Below are positions 41,379 through 51,173 of a stretch of 64,000 nt of DNA, piece by piece; positions within the stretch are counted from its first letter, which is position 1, and each line of letters opens with the position of its first letter. The DNA is from Escherichia phage vB-Eco-KMB38, in the sequence record OR525701.1, one strand, 5' to 3'. The notes beneath the pieces were generated by a model. It did not search any database and was not told where the DNA came from. It worked only from the letters and a program-made list of their open reading frames with translations. Both the position numbers and the translations under genes were made by a program.

Positions 41379-41621
41379 TCAAACAGACTTTTTCACAATT
41401 TTCCAATCAGCTTTAAACGATTCAACATCAGAGTGGTGAATCCAGAATCCTGCACTTTCACCATCTTCATAGAGTGGACATCCATCGCATTCATCTTCCC
41501 AACCCATATCGCGTAAAAGATGTTCAGCTTTTTCAACAAGTTCAGCGTCTTTACCGACGATGTTGAAGTACCATTTACCTCTAACTTCAGAATCTTTGAT
41601 GCTCTGACGTTGCAATCTCAT
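41379..41621 (-). CDS. hypothetical protein (frd.2-like), 80 aa from ATG 41621
   Basis: Track start 41636 is a GTG; the ATG at 41621 follows GAAGGAG RBS. Confidence 0.5.
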   Translation of the reverse strand: MRLQRQSIKDSEVRGKWYFNIVGKDAELVEKAEHLLRDMGWEDECDGCPLYEDGESAGFWIHHSDVESFKADWKIVKKSV

Positions 41622-41645
41622 TTTATTCTCCTTCACTTTTATTTG

Positions 41646-41683
41646 ATAGGGCTACTATAACATAGCCCTATCTTATTATAAAC
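41646..41683 (-). promoter_or_regulatory. early promoter with stem-loop (PeSL-like), family B
   Basis: 9-bp inverted repeat ATAGGGCTA/TAGCCCTAT around loop CTATAACA; -35-like GTTTAT; homologous to the cassette at 62193-62229. Confidence 0.5.
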
Positions 41684-42069
41684 TACTTTTTAAAAGTTTT
41701 TTGCAAAAGTTCGATGATTTCGTCGACGTTGGTTTCATCTACGATACAATGGATTTTTGTTACACCTAAAGTTATACCTTCGTTAGTAGGTTGAGGCTTT
41801 TCTAAAGTTACCTCAGTAAAGTATTTGAATTCTTCAGAGTAAATCTCAAAATACGTCTCAAGTGGGCCACCAGCCGTGTATTCAGTGCCATCTTCCATAG
41901 TTACACGTACCACACAATCACCAGCACAATCATCACTTTCCATTTCATCTACAACAAAACTAGGTCCGTGCTTCTCTATTAAATTTAGCATCATTACATT
42001 GCAACGGCACTCGTTAGCAAAGTCATTTTTAAATAAAGGGTTAATGATATAAGATTTTCCGATTTCCAT
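41683..42069 (-). CDS. hypothetical protein 128 aa (frd.3-like), Cys-rich N-terminus
   Basis: ATG with GAGGAAATC RBS and early promoter upstream. Confidence 0.55.
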   Translation of the reverse strand: MEIGKSYIINPLFKNDFANECRCNVMMLNLIEKHGPSFVVDEMESDDCAGDCVVRVTMEDGTEYTAGGPLETYFEIYSEEFKYFTEVTLEKPQPTNEGITLGVTKIHCIVDETNVDEIIELLQKTFKK

Positions 42070-42098
42070 TTTGATTTCCTCATGTTGTTGATAGGTCT

Positions 42099-42127
42099 AT
42101 ACTAACACATCTATGGAAGAAGTAAAC
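42099..42127 (-). promoter_or_regulatory. early promoter GTTTAC-N17-TAGTAT
   Basis: rc GTTTACttcttccatagatgtgtTAGTAT then AGACCTATCAACAAC leader. Confidence 0.55.
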
Positions 42128-42158
42128 AACTTTTTCGGTAATTTACAGATACTCAAAA

Positions 42159-42176
42159 GGGAGACCGAAGTCTCCC
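42159..42176 (-). terminator. intrinsic terminator after gene 32
   Basis: GGGAGAC-CGAA-GTCTCCC; rc followed by UUUU. Confidence 0.75.
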
Positions 42177-42182
42177 AATTTA

Positions 42183-43085
42183 TTATAGACCAGCTAACAG
42201 GTCATCGAGGTCGCCATCATCAGAGGATGAGGTAGAGCTCATGAAGTCATCTTCAGTTTTTGCAGAACTAAAGGCTTCCATGTCTTTATCAAAATCGTCA
42301 AGGTCAGAAGCAACTTTATCTGCAACAGAAGCTGCTGCGGCTGCTGCACCACCAAGAGCGGCGGTACCAAGAACCTTAGCGAAAGATTCATTTAATTTTT
42401 CAAAGGATTTGAACTGGTCTTTAGCCGTCAAAGTAGTAAGGTCTACCATCTGGTCATACAGTTCTTTCTGGAATGCTTCGTCATTAATACGAGGAATTTC
42501 AGATTGACCCAAGAATTTAGATTCGTCATAGTTGCTAAAACCTGAAACCTGCTTAGCTTTCAGAACAAAGTTAGCACCTTCAAACGGACAAGTAACGTCA
42601 ACTGGAGTTTCACCCATTTCGGTATCAACAGCAATCATTGCATTGATTTTGTCCCAAATCTTTTTACCGAAACGATATTTAAATACTTTACCTTCGTTAT
42701 CTGGAGCTTGAGGGTCTTTAACAACCAGAATATTAGCCCAATAAGAAGTTTTACGTTTCAGTTGAGAATATTCAGCTTTGTTGGTATTGTACAGGTCATT
42801 TTTACTAATGTACTGACATACAGGACAAGAGTCATAATCACCATGTGTAGAAGAGCAATTTTCAATATACCATTTACCATTTTTCTTGAAACCGTGGTTA
42901 ACAAGAATTGCAAATGGTAGTGCATCATCAGTTTTTGCTGGCAAGAAACGAATTACCGCTTGACCATTACCGGATGCATCTAGCTTCAGCTTCCATTCGC
43001 CTTTATCTTCTGAAGAGAAACCTTTGTTACCGTTCAGTTTAGCCATTTGAGCAGCGAGGTCAGCAGTAGATTTACGTTTAAACAT
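42183..43085 (-). CDS. 32: single-stranded DNA-binding protein gp32
   Basis: 300 aa; [36 protein letters not shown]... and zinc-binding Cys/His cluster as T4 gp32; acidic C-terminus. Confidence 0.96.
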   Translation of the reverse strand: MFKRKSTADLAAQMAKLNGNKGFSSEDKGEWKLKLDASGNGQAVIRFLPAKTDDALPFAILVNHGFKKNGKWYIENCSSTHGDYDSCPVCQYISKNDLYNTNKAEYSQLKRKTSYWANILVVKDPQAPDNEGKVFKYRFGKKIWDKINAMIAVDTEMGETPVDVTCPFEGANFVLKAKQVSGFSNYDESKFLGQSEIPRINDEAFQKELYDQMVDLTTLTAKDQFKSFEKLNESFAKVLGTAALGGAAAAAASVADKVASDLDDFDKDMEAFSSAKTEDDFMSSTSSSDDGDLDDLLAGL

Positions 43086-43125
43086 TATATTTACCTTTAT
43101 TTAGATTATTTAATTTATTTACAGT
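43086..43125 (-). promoter_or_regulatory. A/U-rich 5' leader of gene 32, candidate autogenous translational operator
   Basis: rc reads ...AAATAAATTAAATAATCTAAATAAAGGTAAATATA-ATG, repeated UAAAU-like units as in the T4 gene 32 operator. Confidence 0.45.
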
Positions 43126-43201
43126 TGGTTGCTACGACACTTATACCTCGTAGCTGGTATGATTTATTTATAAAGTAATTTTAACACACAAGAAATAAAG
43201 C

Positions 43202-43855
43202 TTAATACTTACATGATTTTATTGTTTCTATGAACAATTTCTTAGCAGCATTTCCATCGATTTGAAGTATTTTTCGATATGCCTTTAATTTGGTAGAATA
43301 ATTTTGCCAGACTAAATTGTCAGTAAGTTCATCATGCTTATCTATAATATTCAAGAATGAATCCAACAACAAGAAGGTTTCAAACGAAATTATATTGCTT
43401 TGTAGCAATTTAAATATGTAGCTCGACTGAACTTTATTATTATAATCAAATATCTCTTGAAGCGCACTAACTTCCACTTTCTTACTGAAATAGTAGATGT
43501 TACGTACATCTTCAGCAAACGTCTCCTTGGCTTGTTTGAGACGTCCAATATATTCCCTATAGAAAACTAATGCATCAGCGTCTGAGATCTCACCAATCCA
43601 TGCATCTTGGTTAGCAACTAAGTTACTTATGAATATCAAGGTGAGTTCCTTCAATTTATATTTCTCTGCTAGTTTTTCAAAGAAATATTTATCTCGGCGT
43701 TTTTGATACGCATTATCCGAAACACGCATGCACCAGTTATATTTGATTACGTCATACCGACCATTAAAATGTTGTTTGCACATCAAGTATAGTTTGTATA
43801 CCGATTTTCCATTAATATAACGTTCTCCGTCAGGAGGCATGCGTATTTTAATCAT
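43202..43855 (-). CDS. 59: helicase loader gp59
   Basis: 217 aa as T4 gp59; synteny 32-59-33. Confidence 0.93.
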   Translation of the reverse strand: MIKIRMPPDGERYINGKSVYKLYLMCKQHFNGRYDVIKYNWCMRVSDNAYQKRRDKYFFEKLAEKYKLKELTLIFISNLVANQDAWIGEISDADALVFYREYIGRLKQAKETFAEDVRNIYYFSKKVEVSALQEIFDYNNKVQSSYIFKLLQSNIISFETFLLLDSFLNIIDKHDELTDNLVWQNYSTKLKAYRKILQIDGNAAKKLFIETIKSCKY

Positions 43856-44190
43856 AATAAGAAATCTAACGTATTAGTTTTTTCACCACGAGCAACTGAT
43901 GGGCGAAGCATGTTTTCGTCAATTGCTTCGCTTGTAATTTTTTCAACAATTCCTGTAGGAATAAATTTAGCAAATTGTGTTTCTGGAATAGAATTTTCTT
44001 CCAAGAAAGCAGTTGTTGCTTCTAAATAAGTCATACCAAATTGCTCAACCATGGATTCGATAATGAATCCGTTTTCTTGACGGTCAAGCAATTTAGCGAT
44101 ATCATCTTTATCATGTTTTACTGCTAATTCTTGTTCAGATAAACCGGTCTCATCAACCGGTTTAATATCACTTAGTGAAAACTGTGTCAT
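43852..44190 (-). CDS. 33: late transcription co-activator gp33
   Basis: 112 aa as T4 gp33. Confidence 0.9.
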   Translation of the reverse strand: MTQFSLSDIKPVDETGLSEQELAVKHDKDDIAKLLDRQENGFIIESMVEQFGMTYLEATTAFLEENSIPETQFAKFIPTGIVEKITSEAIDENMLRPSVARGEKTNTLDFLL

Positions 44191-44437
44191 AAAGCTCGAC
44201 TACCTCTTCGTTTTCAGCTTCAAATTGGTCACGAGCATCTTTATGATAAAGAGCTAACAAACGATTAAACATTTTTCCATCAACGCCAAGCTCTTCTTTA
44301 GCACGAGTACGAATGTCTTTAATCAGTTCATTATAACCAGAAATTTTAAGTTTGTTATCGGAAGCTTCCTTGACTAGTTTAGCCAGTTCTTCACCATGCA
44401 CATCTTGATTAAATTCAACTGCTTCTTTCTTAGCCAT
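44168..44437 (-). CDS. dsbA: double-stranded DNA-binding protein DsbA
   Basis: 89 aa from ATG 44437 (MAKKEAVEF...), T4 DsbA is 89 aa; ORF track opens at 44455. Confidence 0.75.
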   Translation of the reverse strand: MAKKEAVEFNQDVHGEELAKLVKEASDNKLKISGYNELIKDIRTRAKEELGVDGKMFNRLLALYHKDARDQFEAENEEVVELYDTVFTK

Positions 44438-44444
44438 GTTTACC

Positions 44445-45362
44445 TCAGAATTCATTAATTACACTTGTTAATTTAGAAAGACCGGATTTTACAAAGTATG
44501 AATAAATCTTGCCTTTAGGTTGTGGTTTATATGAGTTATAATACTCTATAATGGTTGAAGCAATATTATCAGGGATATAATCAAAATCAATGAGAACCAA
44601 ATTTTCTTGATACCGTTTATATTCTTCTGCACTTAATAATACTTCAGCTTGAGAACGGTCATTGGCAATTGCTTCAATAATTGATGTTTTCATGCTTGGA
44701 GTTCGTTCACCATCAACTCTGGTAAACCAGAAGTCGCCACGAACTCGAACAGATGCAACGCCATCTTTACGGTCGCCTTTAAGAATTTTAGTCATGCAAT
44801 CAATTTCAGCAGAACCGTTCTTAATTTTAACCCATTTTTTCTGTGGTGGTGACCACTGTTTAACGTTAGGATATTTGTGTAATTGTGTAAAGTCACCATC
44901 TGATGCAACAATACATACCTTATGACCAGCTAATGACAAATATTTAGTTAATACACCGATATGGTCATCCGCTTCATATTTGTCAATATCCATTACAACG
45001 TATGGCATGTATTTCTTAATCTCATCAACAACTTGACGGAGTGCAGTAAAATATCCTTCCCAATCCCACTTTGAAGCTTCACGATCAGTTTTACGATTTT
45101 TCTTGTAATAGTAAGCAAAGTCACGTCGCCAATAACCTGAAGTAGCATTATCCATACACAATACAAATTTTGTATAGCCTTGCTTACGGAACATCACTAC
45201 GTTTTTACGAATTGAATTCAAGATTACATGGCGAACCATCGGAACAGTAATTTTATCGCCGTCTTCAAAGTTGTTTAATGCGGCTGCCAATGCAATGTTA
45301 CTAAAGTCGGCAAGTGCAATACCTTCTTTGTAATCTTCATCCAACATCATTTCTAAATCCAT
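44445..45362 (-). CDS. rnh: RNase H (5'-3' exonuclease, FEN family)
   Basis: 305 aa as T4 RNase H. Confidence 0.92.
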   Translation of the reverse strand: MDLEMMLDEDYKEGIALADFSNIALAAALNNFEDGDKITVPMVRHVILNSIRKNVVMFRKQGYTKFVLCMDNATSGYWRRDFAYYYKKNRKTDREASKWDWEGYFTALRQVVDEIKKYMPYVVMDIDKYEADDHIGVLTKYLSLAGHKVCIVASDGDFTQLHKYPNVKQWSPPQKKWVKIKNGSAEIDCMTKILKGDRKDGVASVRVRGDFWFTRVDGERTPSMKTSIIEAIANDRSQAEVLLSAEEYKRYQENLVLIDFDYIPDNIASTIIEYYNSYKPQPKGKIYSYFVKSGLSKLTSVINEF

Positions 45363-45395
45363 ATGAACCTCTTGTTCAGTTAGTCAACTTAGACC

Positions 45396-45425
45396 ATAGT
45401 AACATACTAGTTCGAAAGCGTAAAT
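45396..45425 (-). promoter_or_regulatory. early promoter ATTTAC ... TACTAT upstream of rnh
   Basis: rc ATTTACgctttcgaactagtatgtTACTAT. Confidence 0.5.
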
Positions 45426-45440
45426 AGTCTTTTACTCATT

Positions 45441-45448
45441 TATAAATA
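45441..45448 (+). promoter_or_regulatory. late promoter TATAAATA for gene 34
   Basis: Exact TATAAATA 35 nt upstream of ATG 45483, GAGGA RBS. Confidence 0.65.
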
Positions 45449-45482
45449 GTAAAATAGAACACATAATGATAAGAGGACTACC

Positions 45483-48400
45483 ATGGTTGACATCAAACGT
45501 AAGTTCAGGGCCGAAGATGGTCTTGACGCAGGCGGTGATAAGATAGTTAACGTTGCGCTTGCTGACCGCACAGTTGGCACCGATGGCGTGAACGTTGACT
45601 TTTTGGTGCAAGAAAACACCGTACAGAATTATGACGATACGCGCGCGTATACAAAAGATTTTATTGTTCTTTATGATAATCGTTTTTATCAAGCTTTAAA
45701 CGATATTCCAGCTCCGGCAGGCCCTTTCTCTTTGGCTAAATGGAAGGCAACTCGTACAGATGCAGAATGGATTACAGTTCAAGGCGGAGATTTCCAATTA
45801 TCAGTAGGTAACTCTATTGCGGTTGATACTTCAGCTGGCACTGATATTAATTTCACTTTGCCTCAAAATCCTTTAGATGGCGATACAGTTATTTTGTCTG
45901 ATATTGGTGGTAGAGTAGGCTATGTAAAAGTTCAAATTACTGCAGAGGCTCAAAGTATTGTAAACTTTAGAGGACAACAGGTTCGTTCAGTTTTAATGAC
46001 GCACCCAAAATCTAAAATGGTCTTCATTTTTAGCAACCGCCTATGGCAAATGTATGTTTCTGATTACGAACGTAATGCAGTCACAGTAACTCCTGCTAAG
46101 CCATATCAGGCGCAACCTAATGATTTTATCATTCGACGTTTTACATCAGCCGCTCCTATTAATATTACATTGCCTCGTAATGCTAATAATGGCGATATTA
46201 TTAATTTAGTGGATTTAGACAAATTAAACCCATTATATCACACAATTGTCAAAACTTACGATGAAACAACTTCTATACGAGAAGCTGGTGTTCATGTAGC
46301 AGAAGGACGTAATACTGCGGAAGCATTCTTTGTTTATGATTCTGCCAATAGTTTATGGCGTGTTTGGGAAGGTGACCAGAAATCTCGTTTACGTATAGTT
46401 CGTAATGATACTGATTTACGCCCTAATGAAGAAGTTCTTGTTTTTGGAACTAATAATGATACAATCTCGACGGTAAATCTTACTTTGCCTACAGATATTT
46501 TGTCTGGCGATACTGTTAAAATATCGTTGAATTATATGCGTAAAGGGCAAACTGTAAAAATTAAAGCTGCTGAAGGCGATACAATTGCTAGCAGTATTTC
46601 TTTATTACAGTTCCCAAAACGTTCGGAGTATCCACCTGATGCACAATGGGTTTCTGTTAGTGAGTTGGAATTTAATGGTGATACTTCGTATGTACCTGTA
46701 CTTGAGTTAGCTTATATAGAAGATTATTCATCTGAAACAAAATATTGGGTAGTTCAACAAAACACCGTAACCGTCGAACGAGTCGATGCATCGAGCAATA
46801 CCACTCGAGCTCGTTTAGGTGTTATTGCTCTTGCTTCTCAAGCGCAAGCAAATGTCGATTTAGAAAATGCTCCTGGTAAAGAACTGGCTATTACTCCGGA
46901 AACATTAGCAAATCGTACAGCAACTGAAACTCGTCGTGGTATTGCTCGTATTGCAACAACTGCACAAGTTAACCAGAATACCGATTTTGCATTCCAAGAC
47001 GACTTGATTATTTCTCCTAAGAAATTGAACGAACGTACAGCAACTGAAACCCGTAGAGGTGTTGCTGAAGTTGCAACTCAGGCTGAAACTAATGCCGGAA
47101 CAGATGATACCACTATTATTACTCCTAAGAAATTGGATGCCCGTCAAGGTTCTGAAGTTTTATCTGGTATTGTAAAATACACATCTACGACTGGTACTAC
47201 AGCTGCTACTATTCGTGGTAATGCTGGGACTAACGTTTATAACAAAGCCGTAGATAATTTAACTATTTCTCCAAAGGCTCTTGACCAGTATAAAGCTACC
47301 CCTACTCAGCAGGGTGCAGTAATTCTTGCTATTGAAAGTGAAGTTATCGCTGGCGAATCACAAGCCGGTTGGGCTAATGCTGTAGTGACCCCTGAAACTC
47401 TGCATAAGAAAACTTCTACTGATGGACGTATTGGTTTAATTGAAATTGCTACGCAAGCAGAAACTAACACTGGAACTGATTATACTAGAGCAGTAACGCC
47501 TAAGACGTTAAATGATAGGAAAGCTACGGAAGGATTATCTGGCATAGCCGAAATTGCTACGCAAGTTGAATTTGATACTGGAACTGACGATACTCGTATC
47601 TCGACTCCACTGAAAATTAAAACTCATTTTGATTCTTCTGACCGTACCAGTGTTAATTCTGATTCCGGACTTATTGAAGAAGGAACCTTGTGGAACCATT
47701 ATACTCTTGATATTTCTAAAGCAAATGAAACACAACGTGGTACACTTCGCGTAGCGACCCAGGCAGAATCTAATGCAGGAACTTTAGATGATGTTCTTAT
47801 TACTCCTAAAAAGCTTTTAGGGACTAAGTCCACTGAAACGTCTGAAGGCGTAATTAAGGTTGCTACTCAGGCTGAAACTGTAACAGGAACTTCTGCTAAT
47901 ACTGCTGTATCACCTAAGAATTTAAAATGGATTGTTCAATCAGAACCATCATGGACTGCTACTACGGCGATTCGTGGATTCGTTAAAACTTCATCCGGTT
48001 CTATTACATTCGTTGGTAATGATACGGTTGGTTCAACACAATCTTTAGAATCATATGAGAAAAATAGCTATGCGGTATCACCATATGAATTAAACCGTGT
48101 ACTTGCTAACTACTTACCGTTGAAAGCTAAAGCAGCTGATAGTAATTTGTTAGATGGTCTAGATTCTCTTCAGTTCATCCGTAGAGACATCGACCAGACG
48201 GTTAATGGTTCTTTAAGTCTTACTAAACAGACCAACCTGAGTGCTCCTTTAGTATCTACAAGCACTGCTTCTTTTGGTTCCGAAGCATCTGTTACTCGTA
48301 GATTAACTCTTAACGATTCTAGCGGTTCCGAAATAGTTTTCACTAAAGGAACCCAATCTCTTAGTAATAAAGAGAATTTCGTTGTTAGAGCATGGGGTAA

Positions 48401-49316
48401 TAGCGCTACAGATGGTGCCCGCGATACAGTATTTGAAGCGGGTGACGAAACAGGATACCATTTCTATTCTCAGCGCGCTGCTGATAATAGAGTATCATTT
48501 AATATTAATGGAACACTTTATTCAACAGGTATTGTTTCTACAAATGGATTAAATGTTACAGGTGTTTCTACCTTTACAGGGCCTATTAGTGCTACAGGCG
48601 AAATTGTTTCTAGTTCTCCTATTGCATTCAGAGCTATTAATGGTAACTATGGTGTTATGCTTTATAATGCTGGTAACAGTTCTTATATTGCATTAACTAA
48701 CTCAGGTGACCAGACCGGGACGTTTAATAACTTACGCCCTATCACGATTAACAACGCCACAGGCTTAGTTCGTCTTGACAATGGTGTTCAAATCACGAGT
48801 GGTGCAACAATAACTACTGGTGGGTTAACTGTAAATAACAGAATTATTTCTAACGGCGTTAAAACTGCTACTGTTTATACCGATAAACCAACAGCTTCTA
48901 CTGTAGGTTTTTGGTCTATTGACATTAACGATTCTGCTGTATATAGCCAATTCCCTGGATACTGGACGCGTGATAACAAAGGTAACCGTGACCAAGAAAT
49001 TAAATATCCTGGTACTTTGACTCAATTCGGCAATAGCTTAGATTCGCTTTATCAGGATTGGATTTGTTATCCTACAGGTGCAAATGGCGGTAGCATTCGA
49101 TATACTCGTACCTGGCAGAAAAATAAAGATGCTTGGACTTCATTTGCAATGGTATTTGATAGTGGCAACCCACCTTCACCTAGCGATGTCGGTGCTATCC
49201 CATCTGATAATGCTGTTATTGGAAACCTTACTATTCGAGACTTCTTACAATTAGGAAATGTGAGAATTGTTCCAGACCCGGTTAACAAAACAGTTAAATT
49301 TATATGGGTTGAATAA
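45483..49316 (+). CDS. 34: long tail fibre proximal subunit gp34
   Basis: 1277 aa (T4 gp34 1289 aa); repeated ATExxRG/IAxxAxT motifs. Confidence 0.95.
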   Translation: MVDIKRKFRAEDGLDAGGDKIVNVALADRTVGTDGVNVDFLVQENTVQNYDDTRAYTKDFIVLYDNRFYQALNDIPAPAGPFSLAKWKATRTDAEWITVQGGDFQLSVGNSIAVDTSAGTDINFTLPQNPLDGDTVILSDIGGRVGYVKVQITAEAQSIVNFRGQQVRSVLMTHPKSKMVFIFSNRLWQMYVSDYERNAVTVTPAKPYQAQPNDFIIRRFTSAAPINITLPRNANNGDIINLVDLDKLNPLYHTIVKTYDETTSIREAGVHVAEGRNTAEAFFVYDSANSLWRVWEGDQKSRLRIVRNDTDLRPNEEVLVFGTNNDTISTVNLTLPTDILSGDTVKISLNYMRKGQTVKIKAAEGDTIASSISLLQFPKRSEYPPDAQWVSVSELEFNGDTSYVPVLELAYIEDYSSETKYWVVQQNTVTVERVDASSNTTRARLGVIALASQAQANVDLENAPGKELAITPETLANRTATETRRGIARIATTAQVNQNTDFAFQDDLIISPKKLNERTATETRRGVAEVATQAETNAGTDDTTIITPKKLDARQGSEVLSGIVKYTSTTGTTAATIRGNAGTNVYNKAVDNLTISPKALDQYKATPTQQGAVILAIESEVIAGESQAGWANAVVTPETLHKKTSTDGRIGLIEIATQAETNTGTDYTRAVTPKTLNDRKATEGLSGIAEIATQVEFDTGTDDTRISTPLKIKTHFDSSDRTSVNSDSGLIEEGTLWNHYTLDISKANETQRGTLRVATQAESNAGTLDDVLITPKKLLGTKSTETSEGVIKVATQAETVTGTSANTAVSPKNLKWIVQSEPSWTATTAIRGFVKTSSGSITFVGNDTVGSTQSLESYEKNSYAVSPYELNRVLANYLPLKAKAADSNLLDGLDSLQFIRRDIDQTVNGSLSLTKQTNLSAPLVSTSTASFGSEASVTRRLTLNDSSGSEIVFTKGTQSLSNKENFVVRAWGNSATDGARDTVFEAGDETGYHFYSQRAADNRVSFNINGTLYSTGIVSTNGLNVTGVSTFTGPISATGEIVSSSPIAFRAINGNYGVMLYNAGNSSYIALTNSGDQTGTFNNLRPITINNATGLVRLDNGVQITSGATITTGGLTVNNRIISNGVKTATVYTDKPTASTVGFWSIDINDSAVYSQFPGYWTRDNKGNRDQEIKYPGTLTQFGNSLDSLYQDWICYPTGANGGSIRYTRTWQKNKDAWTSFAMVFDSGNPPSPSDVGAIPSDNAVIGNLTIRDFLQLGNVRIVPDPVNKTVKFIWVE

Positions 49317-49324
49317 GAGGTTAT

Positions 49325-50449
49325 ATGGAAAAATTTATGGCAAGGTTTGGACAGGGATACGTCCAAACGCCGTTTTTATCGGAAAGCAATTCAGTTAGAT
49401 TTAAGCTAAGTATAGCGGGTTCATGCCCGCTTTCAACAACTAATCCATATATTTTGTTCCAAAACGAGCCTTTAGGGTTGCAGTCTTTTGGTATTGGACT
49501 AAATGTTAGGGTGATAAATCCGGAAAATGGAACTATAGTTGATAGTAAATTATACAATTTTGCGCCTACAAATAATGCAACTTCAGCTGCATTTATTTCG
49601 TTTGTTAATACATACGCAGATAATTTCATTTTCGCATTTATTTCTAATAACAAATTTAATTTGCCACCAGAAATAATTGAATGGTTTAAAGCTGCTGGGA
49701 GTTCAGTTATACCGTCAATTGAAGTTGCTAGTCTTGTTGATATTTCATATTCAGCGTTTTATGTTTCAGGTAAAAATACTATTGCATTAGAACACATAAA
49801 ATACAGTAATAAGAAAACAATTTCTGATTACGCAACTCCATTAGATATTGTATATGACTCTATTGCTGATATAGGTGCTACCGGCTATCCTAGACGTACA
49901 TATGAAGCTCTAGAAACGTTTTTATCTCCTGTTGGAGGAACTAACAATGAAATAAAAAGGATGCCTACATCATCCCTTGTTACTCCTATCGCAAACTATG
50001 GATTAAAGCCTACAGATTTTCTTTATTTGAAATTTCAATTAATGGCTGATGAAGAATTATTAGAGGAAGGAACCACAAGACTTTCAATTCGTTTCTTTAA
50101 GTCTCCATCTAGCTCTCCTATATCATCTAAAGATATAAACTTTGATGGAACTGCCGGGGAGTGGAAGCTATATGAAGAATACGTTGAAATACCAGCTGAA
50201 GCTGATGGCTTTACAGTATATTGTTACCGTACGGCCTCAGTCGGTCAAGGTGGACTAAGAAATGTTATTTTCACTGAAGTATCATGTAACGGAAGTATAG
50301 CAAAACCCGCCGAGTTTGGTATAAACGGTATTCGTGCTAATTACATTGATGAATCATTAACCGGTAATGATATAATGGACTTGCCTACTCAGTTATCTAA
50401 CGACACAGGTAAGGTATTTGGGCAGGAATTTAAAGAGTACACAGAATAA
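49325..50449 (+). CDS. 35: long tail fibre hinge protein gp35
   Basis: 374 aa (T4 gp35 372 aa). Confidence 0.85.
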   Translation: MEKFMARFGQGYVQTPFLSESNSVRFKLSIAGSCPLSTTNPYILFQNEPLGLQSFGIGLNVRVINPENGTIVDSKLYNFAPTNNATSAAFISFVNTYADNFIFAFISNNKFNLPPEIIEWFKAAGSSVIPSIEVASLVDISYSAFYVSGKNTIALEHIKYSNKKTISDYATPLDIVYDSIADIGATGYPRRTYEALETFLSPVGGTNNEIKRMPTSSLVTPIANYGLKPTDFLYLKFQLMADEELLEEGTTRLSIRFFKSPSSSPISSKDINFDGTAGEWKLYEEYVEIPAEADGFTVYCYRTASVGQGGLRNVIFTEVSCNGSIAKPAEFGINGIRANYIDESLTGNDIMDLPTQLSNDTGKVFGQEFKEYTE

Positions 50450-50470
50450 AGGAGACTTCGGTCTCCTTTT
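50450..50470 (+). terminator. terminator after gene 35
   Basis: AGGAGAC-TTCG-GTCTCCT followed by TTTT. Confidence 0.7.
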
Positions 50471-50474
50471 CGCG

Positions 50475-50482
50475 TATAAATA
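50475..50482 (+). promoter_or_regulatory. late promoter TATAAATA for genes 36-37
   Basis: Exact TATAAATA 27 nt upstream of ATG 50509, AAGGAG RBS. Confidence 0.65.
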
Positions 50483-50508
50483 CTTTAATATTAATAAGGA
50501 GACACGAA

Positions 50509-51165
50509 ATGGCCGATTTAAAAGCCGGAAGTACAGTTGGTGGTTCCGTCATATGGCATCAAGGCAATTTTCCTTTAATGCCAGCTGGCGATGACATCCT
50601 ATATAAAACATTTAAATTATACACCGAATATAACAAGCCAAAAGCGGCTGATAACGATTTCGTATCTAAAGCAAATGGCGGGACATATCTCAAAAAGGTA
50701 ATCTTTAACGAAGGTATTGCAGTCAAAACAGCAGATGACCAAACGAATGGTATTTTTTCTGGTGGTGGTGACGCCGCGACATTCGACCAAACAAACATGG
50801 ATATTGTTTCGTGGTATGGTGTTGGGTTTAAATCATCTCAAGGTACAGGTGAAAGAACTGTTGTAATTGATACTCGCACCGGTAATATAAGTTCTAAAGG
50901 CGTTATTGAAGCATCTCAATTCAGAGCCACAACGTTAGCACCTTTAAATAATTACGACCTTACTCGCAAAGATTATGTTGATAGTCAAATAAATACAGTT
51001 AATGCTAATGCAAACAGTCGTGTACTCCGTTCAGGAGATACGATGACCGGCGCGCTAACAGCCCCAAACTTTTTCTCACAGAATCCTGCATCTCAACCCT
51101 CGCATGTTCCACGATTTGACCAAATTGTTATTAAGGATTCTGTTCAAGATTTCGGCTATTATTAA
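50509..51165 (+). CDS. 36: long tail fibre distal connector gp36
   Basis: 218 aa (T4 gp36 221 aa). Confidence 0.85.
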   Translation: MADLKAGSTVGGSVIWHQGNFPLMPAGDDILYKTFKLYTEYNKPKAADNDFVSKANGGTYLKKVIFNEGIAVKTADDQTNGIFSGGGDAATFDQTNMDIVSWYGVGFKSSQGTGERTVVIDTRTGNISSKGVIEASQFRATTLAPLNNYDLTRKDYVDSQINTVNANANSRVLRSGDTMTGALTAPNFFSQNPASQPSHVPRFDQIVIKDSVQDFGYY

Positions 51166-51173
51166 GAGGACTT

